A stretch of 63,621 bases of DNA, the filler included, from Lenisia limosa (Eukaryota > Protista > Breviatea): NCBI GenBank assembly GCA_001655205.1. It is 10 parts of 10 records of this genome, joined end to end, with 100 filler letters (N's around TTAATTAATTAA, not from the genome) between each part and the next. Parts side by side here need not be neighbours in the genome. Positions count along the whole stretch, not along the records: positions 1 to 11,357 come from LPNZ01010586.1; 9 more parts are not named here. The stretch is one strand, 5' to 3'. The notes under the pieces are model-generated. The model was not told the DNA's origin. It was given only the letters and a program-made list of their open reading frames with translations, and ran no database searches. A program made the position numbers and the translations under genes. Below, piece by piece: positions 1 through 11,457 of this stretch. How positions within the stretch are numbered: the stretch's first letter is position 1; each line of letters begins with the position of its first letter.

Positions 1-583
1 GGGGGGGGTCTTTCTGTAACCCTTTGAGGAAGAATCTTTTTTTACTGTTTTAATAATAATTAACTACTGTGCCTTGCAGCTTTTTTTATAGTGGAGCGAA
101 CTGGGGGGAGGGGGGGTACTGTTTTGTAGTAAACATATCAGAGACTGGCCATTATTTTCTTGCCACAGATAGTTCTGTTGTGTAAAGATTTGTTTTTCGC
201 AAGTTTCATTATTTTTGCACAATATGAGATGGCATAATGAGCATATTTCGAGATTGAATTTTCTGGGCTGCATACATTCATTGTAGTTGTTGTTGGATAG
301 TATACTCACTTATCTCTCTGCCTCTTTCAAGAATGCGGTTTACAATTCGTGCTGTTGTCCTAGCTTCACCCTCCATAGTTTCAACACTCCCCAACGCAAA
401 AGCATAAGACCCATCCCTTCAAGACTCGAACATGAAGCTGCCACGAAGTAATTTGGTTAAAAGTACATTATAGCTTACAATGAAATATACAATTGAAATA
501 TGATGAAACTAAGCGGACACAACTAAAAAAAACTACGATACACTAATATTATACAATACCGACACCTAGTTGATTTGGATACC

Positions 584-2874
584 TTACTGCTCAACTTCAA
601 CGGAGTAAGTTTTCTGCTTCTCCTTTTCCTGATTACTTTGCTCAATCATGAGATAGTGAACCGCCAGTTGCTGGTAGGCATCAGGGTTGACGGACTTGAG
701 CATTGGCCAGATGTTGATGTCAGGCGCCTGGGGATGTCGTTCTAACGTCTTGACCTCAGGAGCGGTGTAGTCCGCCAGACAGGGAAGGCGATGGGACGAC
801 AACGGGCTTATGGGCTCTATGCTGTCACTTGCGCGGGAGACGGTGCATTCGTTGGTGTCGACAGATCGGAGGTAACTGAGGGTCAGCTCAGGGCTAGTTG
901 ATCGACGATCACGTGGCGTTGGTGAGTCCTCGGGACTCATGGGCTCCATAACTGTAAGGTGGATAAATACCGATGTTGGCTTTCATAAGGTCATCAAAAA
1001 TCTCGAAAATATCATCGATAGCTGAAAAACTACAATTGCCTGTATTGGAACTAATATCATATGTTTAAGAAATCGGCTTACGTTCGTCAACTGGGTTCCT
1101 TCTGGGGTTTGCCAAGGCAGCAGTGAAATATAGCACATCGATTTTGGACCTGATTTTGCAGAAGGAGAGTTGTAGCTGAATTTGAATGAGAGAAATTGGA
1201 AAATGTGTTACTTGTGAAATAAAATTCTCATTGGTCCCTGGTACCAGTAATGGCAAGTTGACATTACACCAGCTCACCAAAGAAGCGCAAAGTAGCTCTT
1301 CGAGCCCATCGCCGACAACATAGACATTGGTAGGTTTCACATTTGGATGTCGTTTCAGGATACTTAGGATACAGGACAGTTTACCTGCAAAGTTATGATA
1401 GGAATGTCACAAAAAACTTTACCTCTTGGTGCAAGTCGAGAAGAAAAAATGTTTCCAGGCGAAATGCCATCAATTCCGTAACACTTGAGCTTGACAAGAG
1501 TTGGAAGCAGCATACCAGCCGAGACGACATAAACTTCAGCATTTGGTCTGAAAAGGTAAACCCAATACAATGAATGGTGTCTACTCACTCAGATTTGAAA
1601 TCATTGACTAATATCAATATCTTTTTTGGGACTGTCAAATGCTGTCATTTCAATTACTATTCCCAGACATCAGAATAAATACTCCATATTGGAACAACTT
1701 TGATTGTAAAGCGTCATCATTATAACCAACAGTAGATAATAGTCCTAGTATTACCATATTACGGGCATATTAAGAGGTTAAGTGGTAAAGTTCAAGAATC
1801 GTATTGCGGACAGGGCGTCATTTAACGGTGTGTAAAGCCTTGACGCAAATTCAAAACGTATCTATTGCTTCACCAACCTATTGAGGGCCTCTTGAACCAT
1901 TCTCCTTCCAGCAGTTATGAATCCTCCTGTGATCTCGTTTGTTGTTGAAACGCATTTACTCAACCCTGCCCTGCAAAAATGAAACCGAGTACGAACAGTG
2001 TACCAAAAAAACCCATCAGATTTCATTTCAAGCTTTTATGGTGAGTTGTTTGAATTTTTTTAGATTGACATGCAAAAGACAAGTATCCAACCAAATAGAG
2101 GGAGTATACTAAATTTGAGCGAATCCTCAAGCTTACAAAATTTCACTGGAAAAGATGTCGCTGAACTGGCTGTTGTAGGCAATAAGTGCGTTGGCATACA
2201 GGTCAGAGAGAAACTTGCCGTGGTCAACTGAGTGTGTGTATATCTCTTGGACAACCTCAGGCCAGTCTGTACAGCAGGTGCTCGTTTTATCTTCAAGGTT
2301 AGAATGTCTACTATCCTGTTCTTAGCCGTTCCATTCCCTTACCGTATCGAAGAATATCATCAAAGTGCAATTTGTCATAAAGTAAGAAATTGAGTAATAC
2401 AGCCATTTCTTCTCCAAGTTCTACATCATTAGATTCAGAAAGAAGCAACATGAGAAGCAGTGTTTCAAAACAAAAAAAACTAACGTGCAGCAAGATTGGC
2501 GGAAAGGTTGTTCATCTTCTGAAATTCTCCTATGAAAATAAACTCAAGTAGCGGCAAGAAGGAAGCCCTACCATTGAGGAGAGTCCCATAAACAATCAAA
2601 GTTTCATCTACGTCAAAAATGAAGATATCGTCCGCAGCTTTAACACTATAGTTCCTAATTTCTTCCATTGTGGAGGAGAAATTATTCAATAAATCCCACA
2701 GTTATGAGCAATTCCCATAGCCTCAACGTTCACATTTACAGGTCTTAACCCTTGCTGAGATAAAGCATACTACGAATTCTATCCTAATGGTGCCTTGAGT
2801 GGGTGAGCAGCTTCGGGTAGGCGACAAGAAATCCCGATTATTTTTTGCCCAAAGACACGTAACATTATTGCCAT
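584..2874 (-). CDS. EYA: Eyes absent (EYA)-family HAD protein-tyrosine phosphatase, multi-exon, with C-terminal Ser/Pro-rich extension; start codon approximate
   Basis: Spliced exons give IFIFDVDETLIVYGTLLNG (EYA motif I, cf. VFVWDLDETIIIFHSLLTG), LGEEMAVLLNFLLYDKLHFDD, VSAGMLLPTLVKLKCYGIDGISPGNIFSS (cf. VTTTQLIPALAKVLLYGL..FPIENIYSA) and NVYVVGDGLEE (motif IV). The last exon is the 584-949 ORF. Confidence 0.9.
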
Positions 2875-3146
2875 GAGGTATTTAAAATTTTTTTGAATTA
2901 TTTTTTTGTTCGATTTGACCTTACTGTTGTCAAGTATATTCCTAAATTTGCCAATATTTATGTTATTATTGTTATTTGAAGTGAAAATAACTTCTCAAGT
3001 CACATACTGTTTCACAACTACTTCAGTCTAGAAGAAGCCTTGCTTTGTATTGGCACATTAAACAAAATAGTGGTGTAGTTTCTTCTAAACACTGTCTGTG
3101 CTTTATCCAAGGTTATGCTCTCTCGGTAGAGAGTTCTGATTCCATA

Positions 3147-4128
3147 ATGGGTGCTGCTCCATCATGCCTTATTGAAAATGAGGCACCACTTTGGCAAGGT
3201 GGAGACGATGTTCTCTCAGATCCTTCAGGAGCTTTTTTTACTCGTTTGCTGTCACCATTTTGTTAACATTATGTTTAGAAAACTCGATAAAGGATGTCGT
3301 ATCGATCTGTGAAACGATTCCTGACCCTTCATTGGTTTGATAATGCGTTAACTGACAGTTTTAAGGGCTTGAATGTGCTGCATATAGACGAACCAGACAA
3401 TGCAGCGGGCAACATTCGCCAACATTTCAGAAGAGCGCTTTTATTTATTAATTCAGCTCGTACCCAAGGGCGACCTGTCTTCATTCATTGGTATGTGGGG
3501 TTGATTGTAGCGAATCAGGGAATGCAAGGGGCGCGAGGGCCGTCCCTGAGGTTGAGGCTATAATGCAGCATTGATTGCCTTTAGCGCGGCTGGACTCTCA
3601 AGGTCGTCAACGGTTTCGGTAGCATACCTCATGGCCCACTTGGGACACTCACTGGAGGAGGCGTTGTCTTTTGTCGGAAAGCGAAGGGAGAATGCGTCGC
3701 CAAATATTGGATTCTTTGCCCAATTAGAGTCATTTCAGCGGCACGATCTGAAGGTTTGGAGTCGTATCGGATGAGAATGGCACTATATGGCTTTGCCATG
3801 TTAAAAGTGCCTTATTCCTGTGTGCTTCTGACCATATTAGGCTATTCAAAGTGAAATGGAGTCTCCTGAGCAGAAGCAGTTGGCAGCAGCTGACAAGCTA
3901 TACATCTCGAAGCTTCCGAAAGAGCCCGTCAGCATTGTCGAAACACCAGTGCTGCCCACATTCACTATCCCCAGTCATATTCTGCAACGACAAAAAATGA
4001 ATCCACCACCCCCAAGCACCAGCTCTCCTCCGTCGTCAGGTTTGCTTGAGGGCACAGTTGGGAATAAATCAAGGGGCGCTGTTTTGGGGTCACACTTTTG
4101 TTTGCGAGATTTTTTTTTAGATATATGA
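3147..4128 (+). CDS. Atypical dual-specificity protein phosphatase (DUSP22/DUSP15-like) with Pro/Ser-rich tail; 3' end approximate
   Basis: Starts MGAAPSC. Introns 3244-3278, 3335-3365, 3492-3584 and 3754-3840 give ...NIRQHFRRALLFINSARTQGRPVFIHCAAGLSRSSTVSVAYLM...ASPNIGFFAQL, i.e. the HCxxGxSRS active-site loop plus AYLM and PNxGF motifs. Confidence 0.9.
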
Positions 4129-4989
4129 TATAGTATCTGATATCTGTGCGGTTTTGAAACTGGGTTCTGCAGCATCGCATCCCATCACGTACTATGAAAA
4201 AACAAAGCCCAAAATCAACTCTGTTGGGAGGAAATTTATAAGGCCTGGGCTTTGTTTGTTTTGTTGNNNNNNNNNNNNACGTCTCGGGCTTGTTTTTGTG
4301 TTTTTGTCATCTGACTTTTGCCTTGTTTTAGCGTTGGTTGATCGTGTTATTGCTTGTTTTTTTTTATTTTGTTTGTTTGGAGTTTCAGATTATTCGGTGA
4401 GTGATTTGTACCTTTACGCCAATATTCTACATCGAGATTTCCTCGTTTTACTCCCCCCCNNNNNNNNNNNNNNNNNNNNNNNNNNNNNNNNNNNNNNNNN
4501 NNNNTTCTAAACATTTTGTTCTTCCAACCAGCCTTAACGTATAAGTGATGGGATGCAGTGCTTTGGCCTGGCGTTGTGTTGTGTGGGTGTTTTTTTTTGT
4601 TTGGTTTCAACCCTGTGTTTTTTAAGGTTTAGCTGACAGTTAATTTTTGGATTTTTTTTAGAAATTTTCGATTTTTACCCCTCTTCAGCGAAACCGTCCC
4701 CCTCTCCATCACCACAGCTTCCACCATCTCCATCATCATCAGCAAAATAAGTTTCCATGTGTTTTAGTTCTATCGTCCACAGTTTCAGTTGTTATTATCC
4801 CAGTGTGGGGATTTTTGATACAGTATTTCTCTTGTACACAAAACTACATATAATATATTACTAAACTAAACAACATATCATAAAAGGTCCCTACACAACT
4901 ATAACTAAAATCCCACAGACTATAAGACAATATTAACGAAAAAAAAGAGAGAAAAAAAATAACAGCAGAAGCAAAATTGACAAAAGTTA

Positions 4990-7900
4990 TCTGAACGAGG
5001 ACAAAAACGACGGGGGAGGAGGAGGGGGAGGAGCCGCATAATGCCGTCTGGATGGCGATTGTGACAGACGCTGAGCATGGGCCAAGATAGGCGATGAGAA
5101 TGTCAGTGGTGGTGGCGGAGTATAAGGCGAGAAACTTGGCGATGGTGAGGACCAGTATGGGGCTAAATCGTTAGGTTGGAAAATGAAAGAATGGGATCAT
5201 TTGTGACAACTGAATCTTAAGTTCCTTCCTCATCCCTTTCCATGATGTGACAATATCCTGATTAGGGAACAGGATTGGAAGAGATTTATGATTCGACCCA
5301 ATACTAATATGGAGCTATTTGATACCGTAATTGCATCATACATAGGGCTTCACTTCGGTTCAAAAAAAGACTGAATTTTTCGATAAATCTTTGAAAACTA
5401 TCAATATTTCCCTGGGGTTTTTCGAACTGAAGTGAAGCCCTAATCATACATACCCCAACCAACGACTTGCATGTCTTGGAATACTGGATGTGAGTTCGAT
5501 ATGGGCAATTGGCATGGGGGGCGGAAGGCGGCTTGGTGGAGGGGATGCGTGGGNNNNNNNNNNNNNNNNNNNNNNNNNNNNNNNNNNNNNNNNNNNNNNN
5601 NNNNNNNNNNNNNNNNNNNNNNNNNNNNNNNNNNNCATGGGGGGTGCAGACCTGTAAACAGTCACACTCTCATCTTTCGAATCAAAAATGCACTATAATA
5701 GGAGCTAAAAAAAACTGATTTAGTTGTCGATGTTGCCAGACGATTTAAGAAATTCAGTCTTTTTCGGCCAAAGTGAAGTCAAGTCATGTAAAAGACCAAC
5801 CTTAAGGAGTCAAGAGGGGACGCTACCGGTGGATAGTGGTACATGTGGGGGTAATATGGGTACGCCACTTGAGGCAATGTCTCGAGACTTCCATTGCAGT
5901 TGGCACATAGTGATTTCGACTTCGGTTCCGGAGGTGATTGGGGCGACTGGGAATGGAATTTTGACCTTGAAGCGATTAAGAGAGAACGTACACAATGAAC
6001 CACAATACAAAACACCCACCCTTTTCTGCGTCTTTGGTGTCGTTGGCGTGAAGGACTGACATCGCTACAACATTTAAGGTAGAAATGGGAAACAAAAAAG
6101 AGTCTGCCCGAGGCCGTTCATACCATCATGTTTAGAAGAGACAACCCATACTTACTGTGACTCTCTCAAATGGCGCTCTTCAAGGCTAAAAATGTGAAAT
6201 CAATCCCCGAGAAGCCTCACAAACCTTGATCTCGAAAGATTCTCAGTGCCAAGTGATGAGGACGTCAGCTCAAATGCCCGACTTGAGATCAGGCCGCTTC
6301 TGCTCGACCGCGCGGACTCCCTGACTGGCTTTGACGACTTTAATTCATTGCTACTTGGCTAAAAAGTTAGTTCATCCACAGTAGGTTTGACTTACTGTTT
6401 TCTGCTGTCTCTTGGCTGACAGTCCATCAACTAAGAGTTCTCCTACATTGTCATATTTGGAAATAGCTATGATACCTACCATTTTTGGTGACTTCAACTT
6501 GAACATCAAGCCCAGATCCTCCGTTGATTTGGGACTAAAGGGATTATTTGATGGGATAACGTGATGAAGAACAAGGGGTCCAAAAAAAAAGAACTTGTGG
6601 TAAAGAGAAGCCAATAGCACCAAACCTGCGCATAAGATTTGAAATCATTTAGTCGAAGTGGCGGAATCGACTACAATATCAAGGGAGAAAAATGGACTTT
6701 TGGCCTTTGTAAGGGTCCAAAAAAGATTGTTTTCAATAAAAATTCCCATAAAATTCGAGGTTTTCTCAGTAGTTGGAAGCAACAGATTCATTCTTCACCC
6801 CGCAAACTTCAGGTGACGAAAATGCAGCTGGGGTCTGGGTAGCAACATCACAGACATTGACAGAAAATTCTTCTTCAGAATCTGAGGGCACTTTGCTACA
6901 ACTGGTCAACAAAGTCATGAAGTCTTACTTTGCATCTTGGGATAGTTCTCTGGCAAAAGCCGATATTGCCGACAATTGCCTGGAAGCACTTTCAGATTGC
7001 GTTTGCGACTTGGACATAAGATTCAAAGTAGAGTGGGCTTTTTTCCCAAGAGGCATGGGTCGGGGAATCGGGTTGAAGTTAAAGACAGTTGAAGGGGTGC
7101 CGCGAGCAGAATACAAGGGCGGGATGATAGTGAGCTTTGAGTCACACTTCTTCAAATCCAAGACCATCTTTGCGTCATCATCGTTAAGAACCAGACTTGA
7201 AGCTAATGATGGAGGTGTTGACTTTGCTAAAACGTCAGGTTTCTGAAGCAGTTTTTTGGTAGCAGTGATAGCATTCCCATTGAGTTCGCATATCAATATT
7301 TTGAAAAAAAAAAAAAAAAAAACNNNNNNNNNNNNNNNNNNNNNNNNNNNNNNNNNNNNNNNNNNNNNNNNNNNNNNNNNNNNNNNNNNNNNNNNNNNNN
7401 NNNNNNNNNNNNNNNNNNNNNAAGATGGTTGGTGACTTCGTGAGAGTCCGGATTTTAAGAGAGTCGCTATCAGAAACAGCACGTCGAATGGACTCTCGTT
7501 TCCTCTGGATAACCATCAATAATACAGGTTTAGTCAGAAAAAGACTGGTAAATATCAACTATTTGAGGATTTATCAGATATTCAAAATAATTAGGATCCG
7601 GAGGAAGCCCTCTACTTCAGTCCAAGACTATACCCAAAGTGTCATGCCAAATCTACAAACCTGCTCAGTCTGAACTGGTCTTGGTGTCAATATGATTGAT
7701 GTGAAGTCAGCCAAACTCTCCGAAAGAATCAAATCACAAGCGCTGCTAATGTCACTCTCTTCCCCTGGCTTGGCTTCAGTCAGAGGTTGGGGGAGTTGGA
7801 GAGGTGAATCGAATGACAAGGGTGACCGGTTTTTTGCTGCCCTACAAAAGTGGTCAAAACTGCATGCGATGAGACAGCATTTTAGAGAAGGTCAAGCAAA

Positions 7901-10424
7901 CCTTGGAGTAACTCTGGGGCTTTTGTCTGTGGCTGGGAGGATGGAAGAAAGGGATAGTTCATCAACAAGGTGTTCCTATCGGTATTAGTGATAAACTGAC
8001 TTAATTGGCTACGGTCAATTATGCCTTTTCTATTCCCTTCCTCTCCATCCAAGAAAGTCCTCACCTTGACTTTGTTATGTTCTCCTCGAGCACTAGGTTG
8101 GTGATGAGGTATAAATAACCCAAAACAAATCGAAAATCTATGAACGAAAAATGGAGAAATGCGATGAAAAAGTAGCACCGAAATGAGTTAGTAAAGCGGT
8201 AGGTCTCCAGAGCAATACCTTTTCTTTGACTCAGTCATGGCGTTATGTACAGCGAGTCTGAACGCAGGAGGCGCAGCAGACAGGCTTCTCCTACGGCCCC
8301 GACGAGGCATATCATCAACTCCTTATTGGTTATTCCTGCCTTTCATGTCGGGATGAAAAATATTCGGCTTTATCGAAAAGATCTGTCTTTTTGATGCGGA
8401 AGTTACACAAGCATACTAGAGAGGAAAACGTCTGTGGTGGGAGAGAGAGGTGACGATGGGATCTTTGGTTGGATTTTTGTCCTAGATATGGTGAGTTTTC
8501 CTTGCATGATAAAGCAGCTCCATGTTTACAAATGATAATTTAATATACAAATATGATATTACAGTATCTTATTTGTATTGTACGATATCATATGATATGT
8601 ATCAGGACAAAAAGATTGACCTCTCACAAGAGCTTTACTTTGGTTTGAAAACCAGGGGAAAATATCGATAGTTTTCGAGGATTTATCAAATTCAGTCTTT
8701 TCTCGAACCGAAGTGAAGCCCACCTCTCACTCCTTTGTAATAAAAAGAAGTCTTACAATATCATGTCTTGCATCATTGTTCATCAGATACGAAAGTAGTT
8801 GACACATTGGGAATCCATAGTAACCATTACCCAACCCGCAAACTCATCTTTAACTTCTGGCGAGGTCGGCACAGACTCCATTTTACGTTCCGAAAGCTGA
8901 CGGGCCGATTCAATGACTTCAGGGGGGATTTGGCAGAACCGACTCAGGTCGAGAGGAGGTACATGTGGGGTGTCACTGATCTCCTCATCATGGTCAATCA
9001 CGTCCGCGTCTATAGTTGATGAGAACGTGACAGGGTGATGATAGCTAAACACTCCACGTTCTTCTATTCTACCATGGGTAGCCTTTTCGTTCAAATAAAA
9101 AACTAGCAAGTTTCAATACTTTAAGAGGATTAAACAGTCCAACCTCATAGTAAATGCCAATAAGCACCACCAACCCTCGTATAGTGACGTTTCCACGAGA
9201 CTGCTTGACGCATCACCAAGGATAGTACCTGCACGTTCTCGGATTGACTCTTCCAAATCTTTACTCTCCTTGGGATCTTCTGCTTTCTCGTTTTCAGTGA
9301 ACTCGGTGTTCTTTGACTCAGACTGCACCATCTCGGCAACTGGCTCCAGAGCCCCAAAGCTCCCTGAAATGAAGCCAGCCTCCATCTGAACCCGTCAACC
9401 GTGATGGTTGGATAACCAAGAACAAGAGATACTTAAAGCAAAATTCTGTAGAAGAAAGGAGAATACCAAAGAAAATGACAGGAGGTAAAAAAAACTTGAA
9501 TATTTTATAAGGTGTAATATACTATCATAAAGAAATGAAATTTAATGGTTCATCATATCTTGCTTTGGTTCCAAAAAGACTGATTTCTCAATAATCCTTC
9601 GATAGTTAAAATAATCTTTTTTTGAACCAAATAACACAAATGATACATGAAGATACGTTAATATCCCCAGAACATCCCTTCCCACCAAGGTTGGTCTTGA
9701 CTTTGGGGAGGCATTCCTTCCCAACGAGTCGCCACCAAGACGCTCAGACGTTGCCGAAAACGACGAAGGAAGACCAGGCATAACATCGGTGTATTCCGAC
9801 GAAGACGACGGAGGGATGAAGTCAATGGATGATGACGACCCCGAGGCAATGGTTTTGACAGTCTTCAGGATTGGTGAGTCTGGTTCAGTGGAATTCTCCG
9901 AAAACTCGGAAGAGCATTTGACAAGCAGATCAGAGGTTGAAATACTTGGGGGGAATACTGGTGGGGGAACTTCCTTTTGATGAAGAGGTTGGGAAGATGA
10001 GTGGTTTGCAGGACCTAGGAAAGGGCTTGGTTCGGGAACAGCAGGTGCGGGGGACATGCGTGCCTTAGGCTTGTTGGTGGGCAAGAGGGACAATGGCGGT
10101 CGAGGGACTGGGACCGGTTGAAGGGCTGGAGTGGGGGCTGCTCCAGCGAATATCAAGGGTTTTGGGGACTTTGGTTTGTTGGCTTTGAGCTGAGGTGTTA
10201 GGAGGAAATGAAACCTCCTCCTACCTCGAAAGAACCTGCTTGCTTCAGCTCCACAGGAAGTGGCTGCGTTCTAAAGGAGTGAGTTAATTCAGGTTTCAAG
10301 AGAAGAGAAGCAAAATACAACCAAGCAGACTTCATATCATATAAACTTTGTTGGTTCCAATGGTAAAGACCATGCGATATTGTCTGCTGATCTTTAAAGG
10401 CCTGTTCACGACTTGGTGGATTCA
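4990..10424 (-). CDS. Large multi-exon Ser/Pro-rich low-complexity protein, no recognisable domain; ends approximate
   Basis: Chain of open minus-strand exons with GT-AG boundaries (ORFs 10198-10479, 9542-10156, 9113-9385, 8783-9109, 7628-7819, 6925-7260, 5779-6015, 5444-5530). Composition is P/S/E-rich throughout. Confidence 0.6.
5343..5442. mobile_element. MITE (family 1), full length, intronic
   Basis: TIRs TAGGGCTTCACTTCGGTTC...GAACTGAAGTGAAGCCCTA; perfect 8-bp TSD ATCATACA at 5335-5342 and 5443-5450. Confidence 0.95.
8628..8722. mobile_element. MITE (family 1), intronic
   Basis: Degenerate left TIR AAGAGCTTTACTTTGGTTTG, right TIR GAACCGAAGTGAAGCCCA; perfect 8-bp TSD CCTCTCAC at 8620-8627 and 8723-8730. 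Confidence 0.9.
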
Positions 10425-11165
10425 TGTGACGTGGAGAAGGAGTAAGGAGTAGGCAGGAGGAGCTGATACAAACTATCAATCACATCACCACCGTTTATCT
10501 TTATTCTCTTTCACCGTACAAAAAAAACATCATTGGAGATGAAGAGAGAAAGCAAAGCTGTTGAAGTGAAAATAACGACTGGCACCCGGTCCGGAATGTC
10601 GGAATGCCCTACGCCCTGGCTCGGAGTCTTTTTATTCAAAGAAATTTTTGAAAAACGCCATATTTGCGAAAGCCAACATCCTTATTTTTTATTTATCTTC
10701 TTCGCGCATTATTTATTTCAAGTACACATTTCTTTGGTTGGTACTACGATTTTTGTTTTTCTTACTCTCGTTATTCAGCTTTATTGTTGAGTTACCAAAG
10801 CATTATCATCAGCTCTTACATAAGAGGAAGTTTAGAACACTTACGTCATAGGAATCAATCAGGTTGGCCCTCTATTGATGAGCTCTTTCCGTTTTCTTGA
10901 GTTGTGATTTCTAATTTCCTTTATTTATTCATGTATATATTGTTTTTAGGGGACATACCTGAATAACAGGTTCTCTTCTATCAACTTTTTCATTCAACGA
11001 AATCGAATGGCCCTCTCCTTTGAGCTTCTCCTTTTGCTTGGGTTTATAAAAATTGTGTTGTTTTGATTCCACCATTGTTGTTGATTCAATCAACTTTTTT
11101 TTTTATTTACGCTCAGTCTTACCCGTTTTAGTTACCCATTGCCAACAGCTTTCAAACTTCACAAC

Positions 11166-11357
<192 letters not shown>

Positions 11358-11401
11358 NNNNNNNNNNNNNNNNNNNNNNNNNNNNNNNNNNNNNNNNNNN
11401 N

Positions 11402-11413
11402 TTAATTAATTAA
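11402..11413. other. Artificial contig linker TTAATTAATTAA (stops in all six frames) flanked by 44 N each side; also at 20149, 33558, 35639, 38465, 40606, 58564, 60479 and 62094
   Basis: Identical 12-mer centred in nine 100-bp N spacers. Confidence 0.98.
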
Positions 11414-11457
11414 NNNNNNNNNNNNNNNNNNNNNNNNNNNNNNNNNNNNNNNNNNNN

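Noticed and set aside
5343-5442. MITEs as introners (elements that create introns)
   Set aside because: The copies examined lie inside larger introns, and their ends do not coincide with GT/AG boundaries.
6773-7246. Plus-strand ORFs 6773-7246, 7692-7988 and 9789-9980; minus ORFs 17403-17639, 38742-39143 and many short ORFs within the sacsin gene
   Set aside because: These are antisense or alternative-frame shadows of better-supported exons.
11358-11457. TTAATTAATTAA repeated nine times as a biological motif, and gene neighbourhoods across it (e.g. transposase next to MARCH6, talin next to sacsin)
   Set aside because: It is always centred in exactly 44+44 Ns, so it is an artificial six-frame-stop linker. 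Adjacency across it has no biological meaning.
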